Below, piece after piece: positions 38,326 to 51,215 of a stretch of DNA of 64,000 nucleotides. Source of the DNA: Octopus bimaculoides (taxonomy: Eukaryota); the NCBI RefSeq assembly GCF_001194135.2, contig NC_068985.1, forward strand, positions 86,852,508-86,916,507. The letters run 5' to 3'. Numbering within the stretch: position 1 is the first letter of the stretch; every line of letters begins with the position of its first letter. The notes below the pieces were generated by a model that saw only the letters and a list, made by a program, of their open reading frames with translations, had not been told where the DNA came from and did not search any database. A program made the translations under genes and the position numbers.

Positions 38326-38940
38326 TTAACCTTCTCAGACCTGGGCCCCTGTGTCTAACTTTACTCTTTGCCTGGACTTCTGCACAAAAATATAAATAGT
38401 TACGTATACAATCCAAGATTAATAATGATAACAGGCAAAATAATGAACAGAATCGCAAAAAACATTCAGGAGAATAACAGTGATAGGCCTATCACTCAAC
38501 TACTGTATTTGTTTAACTAAATTGCTTCTTTACTCATCTTCTTCACCTGTCTGATTGTCAGAATCTCTTTCATTGCCTGAGTAAAGGTAAACTCTTTGTT
38601 TAGAGAATAAATATCCCTAAAATCTTCTTCAAGATTCTAGGTGTTGCTCATTTACCTGATGAAGTGCTGGATTCATTACATGCTTTGTTTAATTACAAAA
38701 ACGTCTGGGTTTTATGTCTTTTTTTTTATTAAAACCAAAAGTAAACATCTAGTGGGGACACCATGTGACAATGAGTCATCAACACATGTGACTACAAGGC
38801 TGCAATATGACTGGCTGTCTATTTTGGGCATTTTATCTTCTTTTCTTTTATGTTTTGTTCATTACAGCTTTAATGGGAACCTGGTAGAGATTAAGTTTAG
38901 GCTATTTCCACAATATCAGGGGACAATGTGATAGAATTAA
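38326..38940. mobile_element. TTAA-bounded ~607-bp module, copy 1 (piggyBac-like non-autonomous element?)
   Basis: Homologous to 56917-57532; similarity starts at TTAA|CCTTCTCAGACCTGG and ends at a second TTAA in both copies; right end only weakly TIR-like. Confidence 0.55.
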
Positions 38941-39054
38941 TGAAATGATAAAAAAAAAAAATGCTGCATTCTCCCTTGTTGGTATTGGCTATGTATTGTG
39001 GCTTTTATTTCAACACATAGCATAAAACATCTCATCACAGATTTTCAAAGTTCC

Positions 39055-39460
39055 TTCATCATCATCATCATCATCATCATTATCATCATCGTTTAACGTC
39101 TGTTTTCCATGCTGGCATGGTTTGAACAGTTTGACTGAAGTCTAGAGAGCCAGTGACTGCACCAGGCTCCAATCTGTTCTGGCAACGTTTCTACAGCTGG
39201 ACGCCCTTCCTAATGGCAACCACTCCAAGAGTGTAGTGGGTGCTTTTTACGTACCATCAGCACAGGAGCCAGTTAGGTGGGGCTGGCATCGATCACGTTT
39301 AGATAGTGCTTTTTACATGCTACCGGCATGAGAGCAAGTCAGAGGGTACTGTCATCGGCCACATTCAGATGGTGCTTTTTATACACCACTGGCACAGGAG
39401 CCAGTCAGGTGGACCTGGCATCGACCACATTCAGATGGTGCCTTTTATGTGCCACTTTCT
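39055..39460 (-). mobile_element. Family A repeat with about 3.3 internal 66-bp tandem units
   Basis: gtgctttttac/a recurs at 39240, 39306 and 39372. Confidence 0.85.
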
Positions 39461-39884
39461 TACTTGATATTCGCCATCGATCACACTTCCACCTTGGTTC
39501 CTAATTCATTGCATTCACTTCTACACCCATGTCTCACCTCTCACATCTTCATAAAATCAACCCCTGGTCCTGTACCCATATTCTCTCTCTTATGCTCACC
39601 TTTTTTGTACCTTGAAAGTTGGCTCTAGCACCACACCACCACCACCATCTCTTTGCTCTTCCCACTACTCACACCCACCCTTATAGAATGCAAGGTGGCC
39701 GTCTATCATTACTATACCAACACACCCGTGCTTGTCTCTCTCTAACCTGCTTTAATCTCTCAACATCTGACATAAAGTCACCTCCCCTTCTTTCAAATAT
39801 TACTCTACCACTCAGTCAAGGGTGGGTGGATGGGTGGGAGAATCTTTTGCTTCTCTTGCAAATTGTTTGGTGACCTCACTAGTG

Positions 39885-40140
39885 CCAGAAAAGGAAAAAA
39901 AGCACTCGGTGCATACAGTAAATTGGTTGGTGTTATGAAGGGCATCCAGCCATAGAAAACCAAAGGAGGTAAGAAAGTGGAGCTCGATGCAGTTCTCAGG
40001 CTCATTAGATCCTGTCGAATCAGCCAACCCATGCCAGCATGTAAAATAGACATTAAATGATGATGATGATGACGACAACGATGATGATGATGATGATGAT
40101 GTATTTGTTGTTGATGACGACGACGACCACGATGATGATT
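39885..40140 (+). mobile_element. Family A repeat
   Basis: gaagggcatccagcc...aacccatgccagcatg...acattaaatgatgatg. Confidence 0.8.
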
Positions 40141-40329
40141 TTTCAAGCTTTCTGTGTAGTTAATTAGATTTAGCATTCAACTAGAAGAAAGGAGAAATTT
40201 TTAAATATTTTTTTTTATTAACACTTATGTTTCTTTTTTATTTGCTGACTTTAAGGAGACAGATTATATCTACCACTAGTCTAGATATAAATAATTTTCA
40301 AAGTGTTTGTTAGCTGTGTCAATGTATTG

Positions 40330-40364
<35 letters not shown>

Positions 40365-40713
40365 NNNNNNNNNNNNNNNNNNNNNNNNNNNNNNNNNNNN
40401 NNNNNNNNNNNNNNNNNNNNNNNNNNNNNNNNNNNNNNNNNNNNNNNNNNNNNNNNNNNNNNNNNNNNNNNNNNNNNNNNNNNNNNNNNNNNNNNNNNNN
40501 NNNNNNNNNNNNNNNNNNNNNNNNNNNNNNNNNNNNNNNNNNNNNNNNNNNNNNNNNNNNNNNNNNNNNNNNNNNNNNNNNNNNNNNNNNNNNNNNNNNN
40601 NNNNNNNNNNNNNNNNNNNNNNNNNNNNNNNNNNNNNNNNNNNNNNNNNNNNNNNNNNNNNNNNNNNNNNNNNNNNNNNNNNNNNNNNNNNNNNNNNNNN
40701 NNNNNNNNNNNNN
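40365..40713. other. Assembly gap (N)
   Basis: N run. Confidence 1.
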
Positions 40714-40770
40714 CATATATATGTATATGTATATAGATATAGATATATACATACACATACACACACACAA

Positions 40771-40828
<58 letters not shown>

Positions 40829-40959
40829 TATTTTATCTTGTATTTTATATTATATCATATTATATTATAATGTAATAAATTGTTAGATTGTCAATTGTAT
40901 TTCTCAATCTAATTTATTATTTGCAATTTGCATTTATACCCCTATTTCTGTGATATTCA

Positions 40960-41110
40960 ACTGCTGTACCAGTGAATTGAATGTTCTACACCCCTTTGAA
41001 GGAATCGTTCTTTTCCTTCATCTGTTTATTTTCTCTTATTCCTTTCCGGTGAAGAGCATAGTCTCAAAACGTAAAAGACTTTCATTTTCCTAAACATCAA
41101 ACTAACACAC
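40960..41110 (+). mobile_element. Penelope-like terminal segment with hammerhead-like motif
   Basis: cctttccggtgaagagcatagtctcaaaacgtaaaagactttc; homologous to 6890-7085. Confidence 0.45.
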
Positions 41111-41233
41111 TTATACACTTATATGGTGCAACCTACTGGCTTGCCACTCCTCAGTTAAACCTTCCAAACCATGTCAACATGGAAAGCAGACGTTAAACAA
41201 TGATGATGATGATGATGATGATGATGATATATA

Positions 41234-41762
41234 CAGGATGCGGAGAATAAACTGTCATCTAAATTATTCAAATATGAAAATAACACTGACATCTCATTTT
41301 AAGAGATATATTTACCAAAATTACATAAAAATATTTTGAAATACTAAAGAATAAATTTATTCAATAAAATTGTGCTATTTCCTCCAGGTACTTGATGCAG
41401 GCCTCCATGTTGAATCTGAAGCCATGTGGGAAGATGAATGGAGGCATTACGTCGCCATCACTAGTGATCACTCCAAACACCATGATGTTGACTGGATGAT
41501 TGATTTTTATCTCTCTCAGTACATGTCATCAGATTGACACCCAAACACTTTGAAATGTTCGTAATGGAGCTTCTGGTGCAAATGCAAAGCAGTAAGACAT
41601 GTCGTTTCCAAATTTCTGACAGAGTGAATTGTGTCATGGTGCTGTTTTTCTCACAGACGGTGCCTAGCTGACCCTACTATACTGTGTAGTCAGCAAAATC
41701 AAAAACAAACAATGTGCATGCATGAAATAAAATGTATAAAATAACAATTTACCCATTGCACA

Positions 41763-41765
<3 letters not shown>
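41234..41765 (-). mobile_element. Internally deleted Tc1/mariner element
   Basis: TA-flanked degenerate TIRs (CAGGATGCGGAGAATAAACTGTCAT vs CAGTGTGCAATGGGTAAATTGTTAT); minus frame KINHPVNIMVFGVITSDGDVMPPFIFPHGFRFNMEACIKYLEE from the catalytic domain. Confidence 0.8.
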
Positions 41766-41800
<35 letters not shown>

Positions 41801-42639
41801 AGAGAGCGTGAGATATTAAAGGGGACCTCACTATTGAACTGTTGGTATTTCTGTTTTGAATATTCAAATGCTTTTAGACTTGCTAATCTGAGAGCATGTT
41901 GATTATTGACCTGCTTATGGTTTAGCCTGAAGATTTGAGAGTCTAAATATAATGTATTGTATAATAATATAGATGTTACACATTGTATTTAACTACATGT
42001 ATAATGTTATGTTACAATGACATTTCTGAATGAAACATTTTAGTGATACCATCCATTCATCTATTTTCAACAGAACTTGGTGTAGCTTGCAGGCTCTTGT
42101 CAAACTATCCAATCCATGCCAGTATAGAAGTAGGTGTTAAGCGATGATAATGATGATGACAGTGATGATGTTGATTATATGTATATATATATATATATCT
42201 TAGAATGTCTCGTGTTTGCTGGTTTTCCTTGCAGCTAGGCATTACACCAAATACTTTCTCTCCAGACTTTTGAAATCAAATGCAATTTTTTATCTTTTCT
42301 CATATTTTCTTTTCCAGTAGACATCAACCAGCAGATATTCAAACTCGTGATCAAACTCAAAATTCTTCAATTCAAATTGAATAAGAAGAATTTCAATTCT
42401 GTTCTGAGTAACAGACTTAATGTTATCACTTTTTATTGTTTGAGATGCTTTGATTTGTCCTTTGGAAATTTCTAGCCAATGATGCGACTGTTCTTCAATG
42501 GTGAGAAAGTAAATAAAGATGGAACCCACTGAATGCCATTAAATAAAAGGGGCCAAGGAGGTAGTTAAAACCAGGAGTGCTTTAAGGCTACCAACCTTAA
42601 AGAAAGAGGGATTAATAGGGGCTATGGCATGTTTATCAT

Positions 42640-43100
<461 letters not shown>

Positions 43101-44349
43101 AAGACCAAAGTCTGAGACAACTTTTGGCTGTAAAATCTATGTCTCTCTTGAGTGGATTTTTAATAAGATAGAAGAGAAAATGTTTTTGAAAAGAGAATGA
43201 GAACATTCATTAGAGAAATTGTGAAGAGAAAGAAAAAATAAGAGAGAGGGAAAGGGAGAAAGATTAAGGGTGGAATGGTACAAGAGAAGCAACTGGATTT
43301 GGGATGGAGTGTTTTGCTGGTAAAATTGATAAATACAAGAGAATCATTATAAATTTTTCTCTTTTACTCTTTTGGTGGTTCCAGCCATTTGAATCATGAT
43401 CAAATCTGGTTGTATAGTTGCCATGTAGCTTGAGGCTTGATCTCATACTTCATGGCATCTTAGACAAGTAGCTTCTAATGTAGCCATGGAGTGACCAGAA
43501 CCTTGTGTAAACCCCCGACTGTCTTAATATATTTCTCTTCTGTCACTAAAAGCCTTCATCATTTTACAATTTTTCCTAAAAATTTCTGAAACACATTGAG
43601 ACACAAAAATATTAAAAAAAAAAGTAAATAAAAACACACACACAAAAAAAAAAAGTGGAAACACGAAAATTTCTTTCAATGCTTATATTTTATTTCATTC
43701 ACCTGAGTTTCCTCTTGCCATTTCATCAAAGTAAAAAAGAAAAAAATAGCCTGAACCTAGATTACATTTACTGATTTAATTCTCCATTTTTTATTTAGCT
43801 TTATATTCATTTGTCCAAGTCTCTCACTTATCAAATATTGTAGCAGCAAATATCAGAAGATTCAATAGGTTTACTATCAAGGTAAAGTAAACACGTGCAC
43901 TAACACATACACACATCTAAGTGGATGTGTGGTGGGGTTCAACATATATATGTATGTTTATGTGTGTGTATGTGTTTGTCTGTATCGGTGAGCAGACGTT
44001 TTATATGTGCATGTATGAGTATGTGTAGGTGTATGTTATTTACAATTCGTGACAAACAGCCAAATGTTTCCCCCTCAACAGAGCTTTTCAAACATTTGAT
44101 AAATTCATCTGGGAGAAAAGTTTGGCAGCTTACCAAAAATGTTTGGCGTTAATAAATGGTATAAATTCTTACCATCTAACATCATCTTTAATCCTTTATT
44201 CGAGAGTAGTCTCGTGGTTTGTTGTTCATATTAGCTCTTCAACTATATATGTATAATAGATGCATTGAATATATGTATTGTATAATATATGTATGTGTAT
44301 AATAGATGTATTGAATAAGCCACTAAGGATGAAACCTGAGGAATACATT

Positions 44350-44392
<43 letters not shown>

Positions 44393-44393
44393 G

Positions 44394-44424
<31 letters not shown>

Positions 44425-45373
44425 ACACACAGAGGATGGAAAGCCATAAACAACATGTCTGATCACAAATCTAAGCAAACATCAAAACTAAAAGCAAGTT
44501 ATTTGCAAGATCAATTGGCTGGGAATCCCACTTTGAAAAGCTGCTCAACGACAACACATCTCCCATGAACAATTGCTGTTAAAATGCTCAAGCCTGGAAA
44601 TTGTGTGGTTTGTAGATTGTTTTCCTCCAAAACCTCTTCAGAATCCTGAGTTTGTTCTTTCCCATCTTCCTATTCTAAATTCTACTTACATCACCTCAAC
44701 CTCCATCAAAATTCAAGATGAACTGCATCATTCCCATTTTGGAATGATGCAGTTCTACCAAAAAATGGTTTGTGTTGTGGCATCAGCCTGATGCCATGCT
44801 CAGTCAAGCACTTCAACTTCATGGTGCTCAATCACATCTCAAGCCCTGGAACAAGTCAACTTAGACCAAACTAAAATGGTTTTAACAAAGGCTGCATCGC
44901 TCTTGATTGTATTTGTAGTAAGTATATATTTGTATGGGAGTCTTTTGTAAGTAGTTTTACATTTGCATTTCCAGAAAATCTTGTCATATAAGCACTGATC
45001 TTCTGGTCATTTCTCCTGTAAACAAATCATCTGATTTTTTGTAACTTTGAAACTGTGTGACTTTAATGATTGCTAAAAGGTAAAAAAAAAAGTAAGGGTC
45101 AGCAACAGGAAAGGCATCAGGTTGCAAAATAATGCTTCAAAAACATTTACTCTATATCTAATTCATTCTAGTATGGAAAAATGGACATAAACACACACAC
45201 ACACACACACAGACACACACATGCAACACTAAATTCAAGGACACCTACATCTAAACTTCAATTGCAATTTCTTCAAATTTTTCTTCGTTGTATCACTCTA
45301 ATGCGATATACCTTAACAAGGTATTGAAAATTATAATCTCTCCAACTGATATTGAGTAAAATAAAGTAATAGC

Positions 45374-45419
<46 letters not shown>

Positions 45420-47047
45420 GTAATAATAATGAAAATAATAATAACGATAATATGAAATATCAGAAAAGAATTATGTTTACTCTCTTCATTTATCTTGTTC
45501 GTTTAAGTAAAGATATAAGCTGAAGGAATCATCTTTGATAGAAAAGGTTTCAGGCATTTTGTTTCATGATTTTTCTAAGGTTTCGTATTAGTGATTTTCT
45601 TTTTTTTTTTTTATATTTATTTTTTTGTGAATGTTGCCAGCTTTTTATTTTGTTTTTGTGTTCTTTTTTCTTTTAAATGTCTCAAGTCATTTGCCTACTT
45701 TTATAGACATCGATTGAGTTTCCCCATTTGACATCAGAGGAGGGGGTGGGTAGGAGGGAACGAGTGGATGGCTGCAGCATGGAATTTTCTCAAATCTCTT
45801 TCCCTTGAATTGAGTAAAGTCTAACCTTTTGGAAAACTTTGAAGGAGTTAAGAGCTATTGGCAGAAAGCAAGAGAATAAGATAGAGATAGAGGGAGGGGG
45901 AGGGGGATGGAGAGAGGGACTGAGAGACAGAGATGGGGTGGAGATAGAGATACACACACACACAAACACATATACATATACGCATGTGTCTCTCAATTAC
46001 AAGTTATTAACTGATGTAGATATATTGTTTAATGTTTATACATCAATTCTCTCTCTTGCTCTCTCTCTCTCTCTCTCTCTCTACATACATAAATACATAC
46101 AAATATACATACATACATACATATATACAAATATACATACATACATGTATGTATTGTTCTTAACAGTTGAAATCTAAATACATGAAGCTATAAATAATAG
46201 GTTAGTGTTAGTGGAGCTTGAATTTTAGGATATATAGTATTAAAAGCCATACCGAATAATCTAGCTGAAACTTGATGACAGCAGTGTAACAAACAAGTTA
46301 AGTGGAGCATTAAAGAGAGATCTATCCCATACACTAGCTGGTCAACAAATAATCAGGCTCTGTATAGCTGAAAAAAAAAAAAGAAGGAAAATCATCCTCA
46401 TTAGATCATAGAATTGAATCAGCCTTCACAACTTGAGATGAGAAAAAACTAAGTTGTATGTATCTAGAAAAGTTTCTGTTATTGGACTGGAAAGCACTGC
46501 TATCACCAGATAAGATATGCAGCCTTGCCAGCGTTTGTCAAACCGTCCAACCCATGCCAGCATGGAAGACACATGTTAAATGATGATGATGATTTGCCTT
46601 ATTTTCATGACGTGCTCTTCCCTGTGCTCTGGTTTGTTTTAGTGTTGTTATTCTCATTGTATTCAAAGTGCTTCATGTTGGATGCGTGCTGTGTCAAACA
46701 GTGCTATTTCCTGTAAAATGGTTTCTTTCTCAGGTTGATGCTTATAACCTGGTCACTCCTTTGTGTCAATAACAGGCCACAGCCAGTAACCCTAGACATC
46801 AAGCAACCTCCTCTTAGCCTTTTCTGTTCCTTTTAATCAATCTAATCATCAAATGCTCTTTCTAATATCTTCACTGCTCCAAATAAGCAAACTCTTTGCA
46901 ATAGTTCGATCACACAATCTACTTTGATCTTTTCTATTAATTTTGAAATGTCGTCCTTCACTCGCTCTAATGTTCCCTTCGATAGTTACTACCTTCTTCA
47001 TTTTCCACATCCGAATGCTTTTATACTTTCATTGATTTGTTATTGTT

Positions 47048-47099
<52 letters not shown>

Positions 47100-47984
47100 C
47101 CATCACCACTATCATCATCATTATTTATATTGTCTTGTTGTCATCATCATCGTTGTCATCATTGTCGTCATCATACTTTTTCATCATCATCATTATTATT
47201 ATTGTTATTATTATTTTGTCATCTTTATTTTCATTTGAAAATAAATTATTCTTTCATAATCTTGCTGTCAGAGGTGAATTTGTAACAATCGATCCAGCAG
47301 ATCAACTTCTGAGAACCTGATGGCTTTTAACTCGTTGTCAAGAGCAAAAATCATTCAAATAAAAATTCAACTCCTGTGGAGATCATACGGTCGAACAAGA
47401 TTTTATCAAATGTAATTATTAAAATTATTGGCTGATTTGACGATTGATTGTGATCCTTAATGTCTTTTGTATCTTGCTAGACCCTAACATTAATGCATTA
47501 CAAATTCAAACTGTAATTAAAGGCCTTAAATTCAGAGAAAGGGTTATTGTTGATTATGTCAACCTTAGCACTTGGCTGGTGCTTTATTTTATGGAACTGG
47601 GAATGTTGAAAAGCAAAGTTGACCTTGGTGGGATTTGAACTCGTAACAATGTTGCTTACCTCTGTAGATGGGTGATTTACATGAAATATATAATTGTATT
47701 AGTTTCACTTCACTGGTTACAATGATAACTGTTACAGTTGACTCGACGAATGGAGTAGCCTGCTCATGGTATTAATGTGCAAGTGGCTGGGCCATCCACA
47801 AACATGCAAACCCTTAATGTAGATCACAGAGGGGTCCAACATGGCACAAGATGTAGAGAGGATGACCCTTTCAAATACAGGTACTACTTATTTTTGCCAG
47901 CTAAAATAAAGTGTCTTGCTCACCTAATTACTATGAGATGAGTGCCCTAACCACTAAGCCACACACATTCACATATTCTTTATT

Positions 47985-48197
47985 CTTTTATTTGTTTCCG
48001 TCATTTGACTGTAACCATGCTGGAGCAGCGCCTTTAGTCAAACAAATCGACCCCAGGACCTTATTCTTTGTAAGCTAAGTACTTATTCTATCAGTCTTTT
48101 GCCAAACTGCTATGTTACGGAGACATAAACACACCAACCTCGGTTGTCAAGCAATGGTAGGGGACAAACACAGACATAAAAATACATACATGCATAC

Positions 48198-48252
<55 letters not shown>

Positions 48253-48418
48253 GATTCTTTCAGTTTCCATCTACCAAATACCAAATCTACTCACAAGGCA
48301 TTGGTCGGCCTAAGGCTATAGGAGAATACACTTGCCCAAGATGCATCACAGCGGGACTGAACTTGGAACCATGTGGTTGGGAAGCTAGCTTTTTACCACA
48401 TAGCCACTCCTGCACCTA
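47985..48418 (-). mobile_element. Full-length family B SINE, minus
   Basis: Reverse complement of 42640-43100, including the internal microsatellite. Confidence 0.9.
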
Positions 48419-48974
48419 TAAGTAATTAATAAAGTAATTATTAGTAATTAATAAATGTTTTTATTAATTACATATAAATAATTAATAAAACATTAAACTT
48501 CTCTTTGCCTTCTAAATAGTTTTGTTATTTCACAAAGCTACCACTAAACTACCACATTGTTGGAGAAAAACCTTTCTAGAAGTCATTTTCTTCAAAGTTT
48601 CCACAAAGTCATTCACCTTTAGTTCAGTTGACGTCAGCTAGCTGGTTCTTCTTCTACTGTCGACTGTAAAATATCATTAATATAACAGATTCTATGTCTA
48701 TCCTATGTTCCATAGTAAATTTATTTAATTTGTGAATAGATTAACAACTAAAATCTTTAGGTGTTTATCATTGTCAAGTTTTTTTTTTTTATGTAAAATA
48801 AACACTGCTGCTGTGTCAATAATTAGCACAACAAAACTAACAACCAACAAAATGTTAAATATAGAAAGTAACTTATTTCATCTTGTTCTAAGTGCATCAA
48901 AAGTATACAAACAAAGGGTCATAATGATAGTAAAACAGGGGGGAAATAATGAAAGAAGAAGAATACATAGATCA

Positions 48975-49270
48975 TTATCATCATCATCATTGTTTAACGT
49001 CCGTTTTCCATGCTGGCATGGGTTGGACATTTTGACCGAGGACTAGCAAGCCAGGAGGCTGCACTAGGCTCCAGTCTGATTTAGCAAGGTTTCTACAGCT
49101 AGATGCCCTTCCTAATGCCAACCACTCTGAGATTATAGTGGGTGCTTTTTGCATGCTATTAGCATGGGAGCCAGTCAGGCCAAGCTGACATTGGCCAATG
49201 CTCGAATGGTGCTTTTTATGTACCACCAGCATGGGTGCCAGTCAAGTGGCACTGGCATTGGTCATGTTCA
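48975..49270 (-). mobile_element. Family A repeat
   Basis: catcattgtttaacgtccgttttccatgctggcatgggttggac... Confidence 0.9.
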
Positions 49271-50650
49271 AATATATAAAAGTAAATGGCAGTGCAAATA
49301 GGTTCTTGTTTTACTGTCTACAGTCACATGACTGACATTTGGGCCAATCGTTTTATCTTTTATCTTTTACATGTTTTGGTCATTAGGCTGTGACCATGTT
49401 GGGGCATCACCCTGAAGAATTTTAGGATAATGAATGAACCTATTTTTTAAAGCCTGGTACTTATTCTACTGGTCTCTTTTGTCAAACCGCTAAGTTATGG
49501 GGACCTAGGTATACCAACACCAGTTGACTCTCAGTAAAGAACAGTATGAGGTTACCTGTCTGCAGGCTGAGTGAAGTATTTTGCTGAAGAACACAACACA
49601 TCACTGCTCTGGGAATTAAAGCCCTAATATTGTGATCATAAATGCAACACCTTAAGTGCCAGGTCACACACCACTTTTCTCTCTCTCTCTCTCTCTCTGT
49701 CATACACACACACACACACACGCTTACACATATCTTCAAAAAAGACAAAACTTTACTTGTGATTGACAAAGAAATTATGAAGAACTTGATTATGTTGTTT
49801 GAAAGAATTGATTGCTGCATACAGAGCATGGCCTCCGTCTGGGTACAGTCTGCCACATACAACTTCTAATGGGCTAAAAGTATTGGATATTGAAATGATG
49901 AATTAATTGTCTTTCTGTGGATACACTCTGCCTGGAATTTGAGAAATATTTTAACAATGCTGGGATTGAGTTAATCTGAGCATAGTTGAAGAATTAGAAG
50001 AATAGTTTGAAGTGTTTTAAAAGACAGAATTACTTCTACCAATGACATACTTTAGAAAAGTCAGCAGTTTGGAGTGGAACCCCCTCAAGAAATTGATCTG
50101 AGATCAGTTTATGATTCTAGTATGTCATATAGGTATATCCTAAGGGATTAGACCAATCACTCTCAAAAGATATGGCTGAAGGCACCAATGTATCAAAGAA
50201 AGTCATGAATCCTATTGATAAAAAAAAACTTGCAGTGAAAAATCAATGCCATATTCAGTCAGGCTGAGAAAAACGGTATCCATTTCAGCGCTAGAAAAAT
50301 ATTTCATTTATTGTGATCTCAGATTCCTAAAACATTGGAAGCTGAATACCCCTGGGAAAGGAAAGATTGCATGCCAAAGTGAGAATCTGTGCAACATCAC
50401 GGAAAATAATGATTAGTTACACATATAATTCCATGTGTGTCGTACTAAGATAATGACCTTGAGCAGGTGAGTGGTACGATAGATTCTAAGGGCATTTGCA
50501 TGGAGAGAATAAACAGTCATGGTGTTCCAGAGGTAAGATACTTTTTCCTTACTTTTCAGAATAATTGCTGCCAGCTGTGGTTGTTACCATTTTATGTTGA
50601 GTTGATTGTTAAACTGAAAACAAAGCCAAATCCTCCATAATTTGTTTCAA

Positions 50651-50724
<74 letters not shown>

Positions 50725-50809
50725 TGAGTGAGATTCCACATGATTTATTGATGTGTTAGAAATAGCAATGAATTCTTCCTCAAATCACACCAATTTGCTT
50801 AAAATAAAA

Positions 50810-51215
50810 AGCAAAAAAGTAAAAGCACCCATGCTGTAAAGTGATTGGTATTAGGAAGGGCATCCAGCTGTTGAAACCAGGCCAAAACAGATGACTGGGA
50901 CTTGGTGCAGCCCTCCAGCTTGCTAGCCCCTGTAAAACTGTTCAACCCATGCCAGCATGGAAAAGGACATTGTAGGATGATGATGACAGTGATGACGATG
51001 ATGACAACGATGACGACGACGATGACGACGGTGATGATTATGATATTAACGATAGAAGCTGCACCAGGCCCCACTTGCGTATTTTTGGCAGGGTTTCTAC
51101 AGCTGGATGCCCTTCCTAAGACCAACCACTTTATATAGAGTGCTGGGTGCTTTTTACGTGCAACCAGCACAGGTGCCTTTTATATGGCACTAGCACAGGT
51201 GCCTTTTATGAGGCA
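50810..51215. mobile_element. Two family A copies, tail-to-tail (+ then -)
   Basis: Plus copy at 50810-51045 with (GAT/GAC)n tail; minus copy at 51055-51215. Confidence 0.8.

Noticed and set aside
38335-38379. Minus frame KSRQRVKLDTGAQV resembles the retropepsin LDTGA motif
   Set aside because: Stops immediately, copy 2 reads SDTGV, and there is no gag/pol context.
38479-38496. Palindrome half-sites resemble tetO (CCTATCA/TGATAG)
   Set aside because: The halves are in the opposite arrangement and the context is eukaryotic; coincidence.
38425-38556. Possible C/D snoRNA (ATGATA...TCTGA) across the conserved core
   Set aside because: The C box is imperfect, there is no terminal stem, and no rRNA guide is recognisable.
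48629-48636. Perfect CRE octamer TGACGTCA
   Set aside because: A single 8-mer is near chance expectation in 64 kb, with no promoter context.
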